Shown piece after piece: positions 20,200-30,458 of a stretch of 64,000 bases of DNA. This stretch comes from a bacterium (GTDB lineage Archaea; Micrarchaeota; Micrarchaeia; Micrarchaeales; CABMGC01). The DNA is taken from positions 3,427-67,426 of the forward strand of contig JAKBPE010000003.1 in the NCBI GenBank assembly GCA_021829835.1, read 5' to 3'. Position numbers and translations under genes: made by a program. Position 1 is the first letter of the stretch. Each line of letters opens with the position of its first letter. Below the pieces are notes generated by a model that was not told where the DNA came from, did not search any database, and saw nothing but the letters and a program-made list of their open reading frames with translations.

Positions 20200-20338
20200 T
20201 GGGGTTGTGGGGATTTGAACCCCAACTTGCTGGTTACTTCATTTTTCGGATTTCCAGATTTTCATCATCGCGTATTAAAGCTCAAAAACCTATTAAATAT
20301 CTGGAGCCAGCCGCGCTGCCAAGTTACGCAACAACCCC
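20200..20338 (-). tRNA. tRNA-Trp(CCA) with 66-nt intron at position 37/38 (20235-20300)
   Basis: GGGGTTG acceptor, GCTGG-CT-CCA-G[intron]A-CCAGC anticodon arm, GTTCAAATC T-loop; relaxed BHB. Confidence 0.95.
20235..20300 (-). ncRNA. tRNA-Trp intron-encoded box C/D guide RNA (Cm34)
   Basis: ATGATGA (20262-20268), guide AAATCTGGAAAT, box D CCGA (20246-20249); 5th nt upstream of D pairs with C34. Confidence 0.75.
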
Positions 20339-20411
20339 TTTTACAGCAGACTCTGGTAGAATTAGAGATAACCATTTTTATATATTAGTATCATAAGAGC
20401 TATGTGAGTAA

Positions 20412-21002
20412 TTGATAAAGGCAGTCATCTTTGATCTTGGCGCAGTTGTGGTAGACTTTACTAATCAGGATTATTATGCACAACTGGCTAAAAAAACAGG
20501 ACTGAAATTCAGAACTGTGGAAAAGACTTTTGATGGGATGGAACTGGATCTCATGGAGAAAGGCAGGATGAAACTCGGTACTTTTGAAAAGAAAATGGCT
20601 GAAAAGCTGAATATAAAAGGAATTGGGTTAGGGTGGTGTGATTTTTTTGTCGAGAATGCTAAGATTAATTTTGATGTACAGGAACTGGTTGGAATGCTCC
20701 ATAAGGAGTACATTACTGCATTTATCAGCAATGTGGACAAATCAAGATATATATACACTAGGAAGATGATAAATCTTGATTTTTTTGATTATAAGTTTGC
20801 CTCATGTTATATAGGATCCAGAAAACCTGAAAGAAAGATCTATGATTTTGCCATTAAGCGCATGGGAATAGCGTATGAGAATGCAGTATTCATAGATGAC
20901 CTTCAGGAGAATGTGGATGGAGCAAAAAAACTTGGAATAAAAGCCATAAGGTTCGAGAATAGAAGGAAACTTGATAAGGAACTTTACAAACTTGGACTTT
21001 GA
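20412..21002 (+). CDS. HAD-superfamily phosphatase
   Basis: FDLGAVVVD, ISN, RKP, FIDD motifs. Confidence 0.92.
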   Translation: MIKAVIFDLGAVVVDFTNQDYYAQLAKKTGLKFRTVEKTFDGMELDLMEKGRMKLGTFEKKMAEKLNIKGIGLGWCDFFVENAKINFDVQELVGMLHKEYITAFISNVDKSRYIYTRKMINLDFFDYKFASCYIGSRKPERKIYDFAIKRMGIAYENAVFIDDLQENVDGAKKLGIKAIRFENRRKLDKELYKLGL

Positions 21003-21103
21003 GGATTTCCGATATGGGAATATTCGGATGATATCTATTTTGTATTACGGCACTAATATATAAGCATTAAAAGAAATTAACATCTGCTTGACGAATTGGT
21101 ACC

Positions 21104-22255
21104 TTGAAACTTAATGAACATGAAAAGATAATTATAGTACATTTTGGTGAGCTTTGGCTGCGTGGGCAGAACAGGAATGTTTACATAAAGAAGCTTGCCT
21201 CAAATATGAGAGAGATACTTTACGGGGAAGACATAAGGATAGATAGGCTATACGACAGGTTCTTAATAAGATTAGGCAGGGATGCTGATCTGGAGAGCAT
21301 CAAGAAAAAACTTGGGTATGTTTTCGGAATAAGCAATTTCGAGATAGCATACATTACTAAACCGGAAATAAAAGCAATTTGCAGCCTTGGGGAGGAGATG
21401 CTTGAAGGACTTGATGGCAAGATAGTCAAGATATCTTCGCATAGGACATACAAGGAGCTTCCTTTTGATTCCATAGAGATAATGGATAAGCTTGCTACTG
21501 CTGCGAAAAAGATGGGGCTGAGCCTGTCTAATAAGGGCTTTGATGTGGAGCTAAGAATTAATGTGACTAAAGATGCTGCTTTCTGCTCTTGTGAGAAGAC
21601 AAGCGCACCGGGAGGTCTTCCTGTCGGAAGCAGTGGAAAGGGAGTAGTTCTCCTTTCTGGAGGTATAGATTCGCCTGTTGCTGCATGGTATGCAATGAAG
21701 AGAGGAGTAGAACCGATATATGTACATATACATGGCTATTCCAGTACAGATGAAGCACTAAAATCAAAGATACCTGAAATAACCAAGATACTTGATAGAT
21801 ATTCTCCCGGATCGAAGACCTATTATCTGCCTTCCCATATCTTTCAGCTTGGAGCAATAAAGGCCGGAAGATACGAACTTATACTTTTAAAGGCATTTAT
21901 GCTTATGATTGCGGAGAAAATAGCTGAGAAGGAGGGTGCGGTGATGATATTCACAGGAGAGAGTCTTGGCCAGGTTGCATCACAGACCCCTTCAAATCTT
22001 GCAGCAGAGCAGAACGGAGTGGAGATGCCTGTTCTTAGGCCGCTGATAGGCTTCGACAAGCAGGAGATAATAAAGATGGCAAAGCAGATAGGCACATACG
22101 AGCTATCTATACTTCCTTATAAGGATGTGTGCTCCATAAACTCGAAAAACCCTAAGACATACACCGATATAGGTAGGATGAAATTGTTGAAGAAAGAGAC
22201 AAAACTGAAGAGCATAGTATCCAGAACCCTGAAGTCTGGTTATATATCAGAGTAG
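21104..22255 (+). CDS. thiI: tRNA 4-thiouridine(8) synthase ThiI
   Basis: THUMP domain, GGLPVGSSG, PP-loop SGGIDSPVA, TGESLGQVASQT; no rhodanese domain. Confidence 0.95.
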   Translation: MKLNEHEKIIIVHFGELWLRGQNRNVYIKKLASNMREILYGEDIRIDRLYDRFLIRLGRDADLESIKKKLGYVFGISNFEIAYITKPEIKAICSLGEEMLEGLDGKIVKISSHRTYKELPFDSIEIMDKLATAAKKMGLSLSNKGFDVELRINVTKDAAFCSCEKTSAPGGLPVGSSGKGVVLLSGGIDSPVAAWYAMKRGVEPIYVHIHGYSSTDEALKSKIPEITKILDRYSPGSKTYYLPSHIFQLGAIKAGRYELILLKAFMLMIAEKIAEKEGAVMIFTGESLGQVASQTPSNLAAEQNGVEMPVLRPLIGFDKQEIIKMAKQIGTYELSILPYKDVCSINSKNPKTYTDIGRMKLLKKETKLKSIVSRTLKSGYISE

Positions 22256-22286
22256 AGAAAAACGAGGATCTGTATTTGCAGGGTAT

Positions 22287-23372
22287 TCATTTTTGACTGA
22301 AGGCTGGTTTTCCACCGCCCAAATAACTGGCATAAAGGGTAAGCTCCTGCCTGTTCGCAGGAAGGCATCTTATGCTTATAATCTTGAATTTTCCAGAAAG
22401 TGCCTTTTCAGTTTTGCGGATATGGAGTTCTGCTTTTCGGTTTATGCATTTTACAGTTAGGATAAGCCCTGCGCCCGGATTGAGGTTCCCTAAGAGATTA
22501 AGAAGAATTGAAACTGAAGCTTCGGGTTCCATGTTCATATCGTCAAGGATAAGATCGACCTTTACTGCATCTCCGAGATATGAGACATCTCTGGCATTTG
22601 ATTTTATATGGATAATATCATTCGTTTCTATGTCATAATGTTTTATAGGGAGTGATTCGGGTATTTTTACCCTTGTACCGTTGTTTTTGAATTTTTCATA
22701 TTCTAGAAGACCATTGTCGATAGCGATTACCTTGTATTTATGGCGCAGCAGGCAGTTAGACCAGCCACCGGGAGCTGCACCCAGATCTATTGCAATCGTT
22801 CCTTGCCTTACTTCAAACTCATCAAACGCCTGTATCAGCTTGAGTTCAGACCTGCTTATTGGGTATTTGGCATTTGTATGGTAGTGGCGCTCGGGCTCTA
22901 TGAATTTTTTCCATAATTTTCTGAAGTCTGAGACTCCCGAGTAGCAATGGTCATTTATCATAATTACATATGCCAGATAATCTGGAGATTTCAGATCTAT
23001 GGCTCTGCCTTCCGCTTCAAGGCGTTCTCCCATAAATATCTCTATTTCTTTTGCAGAATATGAAGTCTTGCAGTTAAGATCTACACATTCTATTTTCAGG
23101 CTTCCTTCTTTTGGAAGTGCCTGATGCAGCTTTTGATAAAGTATTTCAAGGTAGTTTTCTTCTGTTATCTTAGCAACTCCATCCTGAAGAGACGCCATGT
23201 TGTAGATGAATATTGGACTACTTTGAATCAATTTACCTACAAAATCTCTTTCTTCCGATTCTATAACCATTGAATTAAGAAACTCATCAAGTATCTTAAA
23301 TTGCGAGATCTTGTTTAGCTCGTCTATACTGCTCTTCCTGAAACTGTTTGAGGTTATTGCAAAATACAGCAT
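22287..23372 (-). CDS. THUMP plus RlmM/FtsJ-like RNA 2'-O-methyltransferase
   Basis: SRSELKL, DLGAAPGGW; K-D-K-E tetrad (ELKL, LDDMN, LTVK, RQEL). Confidence 0.85.
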   Translation of the reverse strand: MLYFAITSNSFRKSSIDELNKISQFKILDEFLNSMVIESEERDFVGKLIQSSPIFIYNMASLQDGVAKITEENYLEILYQKLHQALPKEGSLKIECVDLNCKTSYSAKEIEIFMGERLEAEGRAIDLKSPDYLAYVIMINDHCYSGVSDFRKLWKKFIEPERHYHTNAKYPISRSELKLIQAFDEFEVRQGTIAIDLGAAPGGWSNCLLRHKYKVIAIDNGLLEYEKFKNNGTRVKIPESLPIKHYDIETNDIIHIKSNARDVSYLGDAVKVDLILDDMNMEPEASVSILLNLLGNLNPGAGLILTVKCINRKAELHIRKTEKALSGKFKIISIRCLPANRQELTLYASYLGGGKPAFSQK

Positions 23373-23446
23373 TATGGTACCTTCTCTAGATTAATTACAT
23401 TACGCATGGTATTTATAATTTGAAGTTGTATTATAAATGTGATTAA

Positions 23447-24043
23447 ATGAAAGCATTATGGAATATTGGAGAGAAGGCACCTTCTATAAAGGCAAAGGGA
23501 TGGTTTCCTGAGATTAATAAAATAAAAGAGTTCAATCTTTCAGATTATTCGGGAAAGTGGGTGATATTAACATTTTATCCTGGTGATTTTACATTTGTCT
23601 GCGCAACTGACATAGAGGCTTTCATGTCAAGTTATGAAGAATTCAGAAAAAATGGTGCCGAGATAGTTGCAATAAGCACAGACAGCATTTATTCACATAA
23701 AGCATGGAGTGATTCTTCGCCTAGAGTGAAGGAAAGCAAGATACCTCTGATAGAAGACTTTAACAAGAAGATATCCGTTGATTACGGCTTTCTTAATGAG
23801 GAATCTGGGGCATCGAGACGTGGAACAATAATAGTGGACCCTGATGGAAATATACAGTATGTATCAATACATAATGATGCCCTTGGAAAGGATGTTGACC
23901 ACGTGTATACCTCTTTCATGGCGCTTAAGTATGTAAGGGATACCAAGACAGAAGAAGGCCACGTATGCGCTATACCTGCTAACTGGAAGCTTGGAAAGAG
24001 AGCATTGGACATAGACATAGTAAATGACATAGGTAAGCTCTGA
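23447..24043 (+). CDS. ahpC: Peroxiredoxin (AhpC/TSA)
   Basis: FYPGDFTFVC peroxidatic motif; VCAIPANW resolving-Cys region. Confidence 0.93.
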   Translation: MKALWNIGEKAPSIKAKGWFPEINKIKEFNLSDYSGKWVILTFYPGDFTFVCATDIEAFMSSYEEFRKNGAEIVAISTDSIYSHKAWSDSSPRVKESKIPLIEDFNKKISVDYGFLNEESGASRRGTIIVDPDGNIQYVSIHNDALGKDVDHVYTSFMALKYVRDTKTEEGHVCAIPANWKLGKRALDIDIVNDIGKL

Positions 24044-24165
24044 TTGGCCAGTGAATATTTTCACGGATATGAAGTTAGAAAAATAGATTAGTTAGTATTT
24101 TTTTATTCTCTTTTATTTTAATTATATTATATAGTTTAAAAACCCAGAGATCAGGAGGATTTTGC

Positions 24166-24555
24166 ATGAATAATTTTATTAGAAATAGGGTTGCCGCTTC
24201 TGCTTTATCAACATTGGTTCTGTTGAAGCCTGCAATAGCAGCTGAACCTGAGCATAGCATGGAGAGATGTGAATCGGCAAAGACTTCAGAAGCAATAGCA
24301 GGAAATAATCCTTTTATTATACGCAGGCTTATGCTTGAAGATAAAAATAGGCTTGTCGAAATAAAAAGAGAAGAAGATAATGGCAGGTCTCTGGAAAATT
24401 TCAAAGAGATGCATACTGAGTGTACAAAGCAGATAAATAAGCTTAAGGAAGCGTTGAGGATAGATACACAAATAACACCAGAATTGAAGCTTCTTGCAAT
24501 TATAATAATCGCATTGATTGCCGGCGGACAGCAGGGCAGCATAATAAGTAAGTAA
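24166..24555 (+). CDS. Hypothetical protein
   Basis: AGGAGG SD before ATG; hydrophobic N- and C-termini. Confidence 0.55.
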   Translation: MNNFIRNRVAASALSTLVLLKPAIAAEPEHSMERCESAKTSEAIAGNNPFIIRRLMLEDKNRLVEIKREEDNGRSLENFKEMHTECTKQINKLKEALRIDTQITPELKLLAIIIIALIAGGQQGSIISK

Positions 24556-24678
24556 AGAGGGAAATTGAAAGTAGCTGTTTATTTTCAATATTGAAACGTT
24601 ATTGGAACATTATAATCTTTTTATAACCGGAAAAAAGAAAAATGCAGGCATTTAAGCCTGCCTTAAGAAATAGTGGCG

Positions 24679-25698
24679 TCAGTATATGGCAGAAATGTTT
24701 TCCATCCTTAGGGAGGAAGACGTTTCAGAGTCACGCTCCTTTCTCGAGTCAAACTTTGCCTTGACTCCCGTTACTATAGACATGACTCTGACTGTGTCCC
24801 CAAGCTCTGGAAGCATTCTGGCACCGAAAATCACGTTTGCGTCCGTAGCTAGATCTGAGGTTACACCTTCTCCAAGGCGAGTTGCATCGCTTATGGTGAG
24901 GTTTGAACCTCCTGCGACATGCAGAAGGGCGCCTTTCGCGCCTTCGTAGTCTACAGAGAGCAGTGGATGCGATCTTGTGGATTTTATCGCCTGCTCTATG
25001 CGTCCAGGCCCTGTTCCGGTGCCTATGCTTATTACAGCAGTTCCTGTATTCCTAACAACATTCCTCAAGTCTGCGAAGTCGAGGTTTATCAGGCTTGGAA
25101 GAGTTATGGTATCAGCTATTCCCTTAACTGCATTTCCAGTTACATTGTCTACAAGCTCAAAAGCCTTCTCTATAGGAAGGTTTGGAACATAGGATAGAAG
25201 CTTATCATTCTCTATCACTATTGTGCAGTCAGCCTGCTTGCTGAGCTGTTCTATGCCCCATTCGGCCTTCTGCTTCCTGCTTCTCTCCAATGCAAACGGA
25301 AAGGTTACTGTGGCGATAACAGTAGCTCCCATCTCACGTGCTGTCTTTGCTATTATTGGGGCAGAACCTGTTCCTGTTCCGCCTCCCATTCCTGCACATA
25401 TGAAGACCAAGTCAAAGCCATTTAGAGCGTCTTCTATCTCGGCCTTGCTGACTTCGGCTGCCTTTGCTGCTACCTCCGGGAAACCTCCTGCGCCTAGACC
25501 CTGCGTTATGTCTTTTCCCAACAGAATCTTCTTGTGCGCCTTTATCATGTTAAGGTGTCCTACGTCGGTATTCATGGCGATCGTAGTTGCACTCTTTATT
25601 CCATTCGTAAATAACCTATTCACCAGGTTACTGCCCTGCCCTCCTGCACCGACTACTGCTACTTTTGGAGTGTAGAGATCATAGTCTATTTCTGTCAT
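24679..25698 (-). CDS. ftsZ: Cell division protein FtsZ (FtsZ2-like, downstream copy)
   Basis: GAGGQG, GLGAGG, GMGGGTGTG, INLDFAD. Confidence 0.96.
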   Translation of the reverse strand: MTEIDYDLYTPKVAVVGAGGQGSNLVNRLFTNGIKSATTIAMNTDVGHLNMIKAHKKILLGKDITQGLGAGGFPEVAAKAAEVSKAEIEDALNGFDLVFICAGMGGGTGTGSAPIIAKTAREMGATVIATVTFPFALERSRKQKAEWGIEQLSKQADCTIVIENDKLLSYVPNLPIEKAFELVDNVTGNAVKGIADTITLPSLINLDFADLRNVVRNTGTAVISIGTGTGPGRIEQAIKSTRSHPLLSVDYEGAKGALLHVAGGSNLTISDATRLGEGVTSDLATDANVIFGARMLPELGDTVRVMSIVTGVKAKFDSRKERDSETSSSLRMENISAIY

Positions 25699-25699
25699 T

Positions 25700-26758
25700 T
25701 TAGATCATCTCTAGGCCGAACGACTGTGTCGATTTATCCCTGTCGGCATATTTGCCGAGTATGCTTGAGCCGCTTACTCCGGTTACTATTGCAACTATCT
25801 CTAACTGGCCTTCGTATCCGGGTATGACTCTTGCGCCCCACTTTACGTTTGCCTTTGGATCCATCTTCTCAGTTATTATCTCGCCTGCCTTTATTGCGTC
25901 TCCGAGAGTGAGGTCTGCAGCTCCTGAAATATGTATGAGCGCTCCCTTCGCATTCTCAAAGTCTACATCAAGCAGTTTGTTCTTTACTACGGATTCTGAT
26001 GCTGCCTGAACCTTGTCATTTCCTTTGCCAGTTCCTACAGAGATAAATCCTACATCTCCGCTGCCCATTATCGACCTTACGTCTGCGAAGTCGATGTTTA
26101 TCAGGCTTGGCTGTGTTATTGTCCAGACAAGTCCGCCTATTGCCTTTGCAAGTATGTCATCTGCAACTGCGAACGCATCATTCATTGGTAGATTAGGGAA
26201 TAATTTTACCAGCTTGTTGTTGTCCAGTATTATGACGCTGTCTGAGTATTTTCTCAAGCGCTGTATTCCTTCCTCTGCCTTAACCTTTCTGACTCTTTCG
26301 AGATCGAAAGGATATGTTACCATTGAAACGACTATTGCTCCCTGCTCTTTTGCAATTTGAGCCATGACAGAGATTGCGCCTGTTCCTGTTCCGCCTCCCA
26401 TTCCTGCACATAGGAATACCAATTGTGCTCCTGAAACTACTTCCTCGAGCTGCTGCCTGTCTATCTCTGCGGCTTTTGCGCCTACTTCTGGGTCGCCTCC
26501 TGCACCCATTCCTCTTGTCATACTTTTTCCGATCAGTATCTTTTTGATTCTGTCATCAAGTATTTTGAAATGCTGTGCATCGGTGTTTACCGCCACAAGC
26601 TCTGTGCCTTTTACACCCACCCTTATCAGCCTGTTTACAGTATTGTTTCCTCCTCCGCCTAGTCCGAGAGTGACTATCTTTATCTGCGGTGTGAAACTTA
26701 TGCTGTTATCCACGCTGCTGCTGCCTTTACCTAACAAATCGGTTCCGAATTCTACCAT
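25700..26758 (-). CDS. ftsZ: Cell division protein FtsZ (FtsZ2-like, upstream copy)
   Basis: GLGGGGNN, GMGAGG, GMGGGTGTG, LDNN..PNLP, INIDFAD. Confidence 0.96.
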   Translation of the reverse strand: MVEFGTDLLGKGSSSVDNSISFTPQIKIVTLGLGGGGNNTVNRLIRVGVKGTELVAVNTDAQHFKILDDRIKKILIGKSMTRGMGAGGDPEVGAKAAEIDRQQLEEVVSGAQLVFLCAGMGGGTGTGAISVMAQIAKEQGAIVVSMVTYPFDLERVRKVKAEEGIQRLRKYSDSVIILDNNKLVKLFPNLPMNDAFAVADDILAKAIGGLVWTITQPSLINIDFADVRSIMGSGDVGFISVGTGKGNDKVQAASESVVKNKLLDVDFENAKGALIHISGAADLTLGDAIKAGEIITEKMDPKANVKWGARVIPGYEGQLEIVAIVTGVSGSSILGKYADRDKSTQSFGLEMI

Positions 26759-27099
26759 TTGATCGCCGATTAACTAATTATGATTAAGTTTATAAAACTT
26801 CTGTATTGCCACATATTAGTGGACGTAAAGCATTTTGAAGTCGCTATGCCATGCTTTAAATAAAGATTTAATACTAAGACTTCTTTAAAAATTAAAAAAT
26901 GTCCTTTTTGGCATCATACAAATTGCCTTTTGTTATAATAGTTTTGTATTCGGAAGGAAGAAATTTAGAATTGAAAAGTAATAGACAATTGCGAATTTTT
27001 TTGAAATAGAACCGAGAAAAATTTCCTTCGTCTTAATCCTGCTTTGATAAAGATATTTTAAATTATATGGTGCTTAGTTGTAGTAATACAGATGAAAAC

Positions 27100-27984
27100 A
27101 TGGAAATCAAACTTCAATCGGCAGTAGAGTACCTGATGACATACGGATGGGCCATACTCATCATAGCAGTTGTGCTCGGAGCTCTCTTCAGCCTCGGAAT
27201 ATTCAATTCGTTTAGTCTTGCACCTAAGGCAAGCCCAGGAGCATGCTCCGTAAGCAGGCCTAATGGGCCCGGAAGTACCTCTTTTGTAAATACAGTAGGA
27301 ACATGTGACAACATTCCGGAATATACCATGCTCGTGAAAGGCAATGGTTACGTATACATCCAAAACATAAGCCAGATGGTAAGCCCGTATAACACTATAA
27401 CAATCTCCGGATGGTTTTACAATCTTCAGGGAAGCGGGACAGAGACAGGTTTTGTTGCTGGCAATACTGCAATAAACCAGGGTTACATTTATTTCAGCAA
27501 TGGAGGAGCCTGTGGGAATGGAGAAGTAGCTGTAGGAATTGGAAACACATATGCATGTACAGCTCCAGGAAGCCTCTCTTTCGTAAATAATTGGATTTTT
27601 GTTGTGGCCACATATAACGGAATGGATCTTAGCGGATGGGTATGCAGCAGTGGAGTCTGTACTGCCTCAGATACAGTAACTCCTTCTTTCGCAATGAATA
27701 ATTATGGGTATCTTTATATAGGAAGTGATCCTTCCAATCCACAGAATGGATGGCAGGGATACATATCAAACATAGAGGTATACAACACTTCATTCTCATT
27801 GAACGATACATTAGCTCTTTATCATGAAGGGATAGGAGGTGCACCTATAGCACTGCGCTGGCTACAGGGATGGTGGCCTCTGAATGATAATCCAAATGAT
27901 TATTCAGGCAATGATAACACAGGAACGGCAACTAATGTTATATATATAACTAACTGGGAGAGTAACTACGCTAACCCAGGCTGA
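27100..27984 (+). CDS. Class III signal-peptide pilin with LamG/ConA-like domain
   Basis: KL|QSAVEYLMTYGWAILII; ITISGW, WIFVVATYNG, GYISNIEVYN, GWWPLN LamG-like motifs. Confidence 0.85.
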   Translation: MEIKLQSAVEYLMTYGWAILIIAVVLGALFSLGIFNSFSLAPKASPGACSVSRPNGPGSTSFVNTVGTCDNIPEYTMLVKGNGYVYIQNISQMVSPYNTITISGWFYNLQGSGTETGFVAGNTAINQGYIYFSNGGACGNGEVAVGIGNTYACTAPGSLSFVNNWIFVVATYNGMDLSGWVCSSGVCTASDTVTPSFAMNNYGYLYIGSDPSNPQNGWQGYISNIEVYNTSFSLNDTLALYHEGIGGAPIALRWLQGWWPLNDNPNDYSGNDNTGTATNVIYITNWESNYANPG

Positions 27985-28116
27985 TTGTACAGGTTAGAAA
28001 TAAAATGAGAACAGCAGAATGAATCACTGAAATGGATGCCAGGAATAGGTTATGTTTGGGATGATACCATCCCATAACATCCCTTATTCTTTTCGCAGAT
28101 TTCTGAAACGAAGAAC

Positions 28117-28725
28117 TTATACAGTCTCCTTGCCGAAACGCTTGTCTACATCGTCCCAGTTTACAACATTCCACCATGCGTCCACATACTTTGCCCTGTC
28201 ATTCCAGTATTGCAGATAGTATGCATGTTCCCAGACATCAAGGCCTAACAAGATAGGAAGACCTGCAAGATGCATGAAGTTCTGCTTTTCTATCTGGGTA
28301 AGAACAAGCTGGTCTGTTTCCTGGTCATATAGAAGAAGAGCCCAGCCGCTGCCTTCTACGGTCTTTGCAGCTTCTGTAAATTGCAGCTTGAATTTGTCGA
28401 AGCTGCCGAAATCAGTGTTTATTTTATCGGCTATCTTGCCGCCAACTTTACCGCCGCCCTTTCCAGGAGGAGCCATGTTAGGCCAGAAGAGGCCATGCAG
28501 CTTATGCCCGCCGAAATTGAAGCTGTAGTCCCTCAAGACCGCTTTTATATCTATCTGAATTTCTCCGTTCCTCGCTTTTTCCAGTTTCTCGAGAGCGGCG
28601 TTTGCGCCGTTCACGTATGCTACATGATGCTTGTCATGATGCAGTTTCATTATCTGTTCGGATATATATGGTTCCAATGCATTGTATGCGTATGGCAGAT
28701 TAGGAACCTCGTATTTTTTTCCCAT
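28117..28725 (-). CDS. sod: Fe/Mn superoxide dismutase
   Basis: LHHDKHH, GSGW, DVWEHAYY. Confidence 0.97.
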   Translation of the reverse strand: MGKKYEVPNLPYAYNALEPYISEQIMKLHHDKHHVAYVNGANAALEKLEKARNGEIQIDIKAVLRDYSFNFGGHKLHGLFWPNMAPPGKGGGKVGGKIADKINTDFGSFDKFKLQFTEAAKTVEGSGWALLLYDQETDQLVLTQIEKQNFMHLAGLPILLGLDVWEHAYYLQYWNDRAKYVDAWWNVVNWDDVDKRFGKETV

Positions 28726-28831
28726 GTTTTACACCTGGATTATTAGGGAATGTCAAATTATTTAAAACCAGCCAGAGGATTTTGGGAATATTTTTCAGAT
28801 TGTTTATAAATTACAACTTGGAAATAATAAT

Positions 28832-30397
28832 ATGATGGATATGTCTTTTGATCAGAGATGGCTTGGGATAGGCAGCGGCGTAGGAATACTCAACATGGAA
28901 GGGCTGGACTTCAGGGAATACCAGCTTAATATAATTAAAGCAATAAATGAAAATGGAAATACGCTTGTAGTGATACCTACAGGTCTTGGAAAGACATTCA
29001 TAGGAACTGCCGTTATAGCCAATGCGATATCAGGAGGAGGAAAGGCCCTTCTTCTTGCACCAACAAAACCTCTTGCCGAACAGCATTACTCCAATCTGGT
29101 AGGCATGCTTAATATAGATCCTGGTAGGATACTTCTTCTTCTCGGTTCTACCGGAAAAGCCAAAAGGAAAGAGCTCGAATCAGATGCCAGCCTGATAATA
29201 GCGACCCCTCAGACCATAGCTAACGACATCAAAGCAGGACAGCTCTCCCTTGACGGATTCAAGGTTGCTGTCTTCGATGAATGCCATAGGGCTGTGGGAA
29301 AATATGCATATACTTACATAGCGAACGAGTGCATGCTCAGGGACATGCTAATAGTTGGGCTTACAGCCTCTCCCGGAGCTAAAAAGGAGAAGATAGAGGA
29401 GCTTACAGACTCGCTTGGGATAAGGCACATAGCGATAAGGATCTCTACAGATCCTGACGTTGTCAGGTATGTCATGCCGAAAAATACGCATGTTGTAAGA
29501 GTTGGAATAGGAGATAAGCTTAATGAAATATCAAGGCTTATAGCCCCAGAGGCTGAGGCAAGCCTTGTGGCACTAAACAAGACTGGACTGATCCATTTCA
29601 AGAATTTTACCAGGATACCTAAAGGGAGGCTTCTGCAGATTGGCGAAGAGATAAACAGGATAAATGCCGTAAACTTCAAATTTGCTGCAGTATACAGCTA
29701 TGTGAGGCTTCTTAACCTGACACATGCCTACGACCTGCTTCTTACTGAAGGCATATACCCATTTTACAAATATATGGAGAGTCTGGATATGCGTGAAAAA
29801 AAGAGCAGAGCTGTGGAGAGCCTTCTTAAAAACAAGAATATAATGCAGGCCAGAAAACTGGCTGAAGAGGCTATGAAAAATGGGGAGGAGCACCCTAAGA
29901 TAAAATCAGTATTAAATATTCTTAGGGAACACAGCGATAAGAGTGTAATTATTTTTGTCCAGTACAGATCTACAATAAAGATGCTTGTGGAGCATTTAGT
30001 GAATAATGGATTCAGGGCAAAAGCGTTCGTAGGGAAGAAGGAGGGAGTGACCCAGGAGATGCAGAAAGAGATAATTCAGGAGTTCAGAGATAAAAAATTT
30101 GATGTGCTTGTGGCAAGCTCGATAGCTGAGGAAGGGCTTGATATACCAAATGTGGATCTTGTCTTGTTTTACGAACCTATCCCGAGCGAGATAAGGAATA
30201 TACAGAGAAGGGGAAGGACAGGAAGGTTTAGAGACGGTGAGATATACATACTTGTGGCAGTAGGAACTAAAGACGAGGTGTATATGCGCGTTTCAGACCA
30301 GCGGGAGAAAAAGATGCTTGGGATTATTCTTAAGATCAACGAAAGATTAAAGAAGGAGAGAAAAGAGAAGGATAAAGGGCAGAAATCCCTGCAATAA
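28832..30397 (+). CDS. Hef/FANCM-like SF2 helicase without the ERCC4 nuclease domain
   Basis: PTGLGKT, DECHRA, GLTASPG, EEGLDIP, QRRGRTGR; protein ends shortly after HelicC. Confidence 0.9.
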   Translation: MMDMSFDQRWLGIGSGVGILNMEGLDFREYQLNIIKAINENGNTLVVIPTGLGKTFIGTAVIANAISGGGKALLLAPTKPLAEQHYSNLVGMLNIDPGRILLLLGSTGKAKRKELESDASLIIATPQTIANDIKAGQLSLDGFKVAVFDECHRAVGKYAYTYIANECMLRDMLIVGLTASPGAKKEKIEELTDSLGIRHIAIRISTDPDVVRYVMPKNTHVVRVGIGDKLNEISRLIAPEAEASLVALNKTGLIHFKNFTRIPKGRLLQIGEEINRINAVNFKFAAVYSYVRLLNLTHAYDLLLTEGIYPFYKYMESLDMREKKSRAVESLLKNKNIMQARKLAEEAMKNGEEHPKIKSVLNILREHSDKSVIIFVQYRSTIKMLVEHLVNNGFRAKAFVGKKEGVTQEMQKEIIQEFRDKKFDVLVASSIAEEGLDIPNVDLVLFYEPIPSEIRNIQRRGRTGRFRDGEIYILVAVGTKDEVYMRVSDQREKKMLGIILKINERLKKERKEKDKGQKSLQ

Positions 30398-30458
30398 GAA
30401 GATTGATGAATGGAGTTTCTGTTTTGTGATGCGCCGCATCCACAGATTTGGTAAGAGC

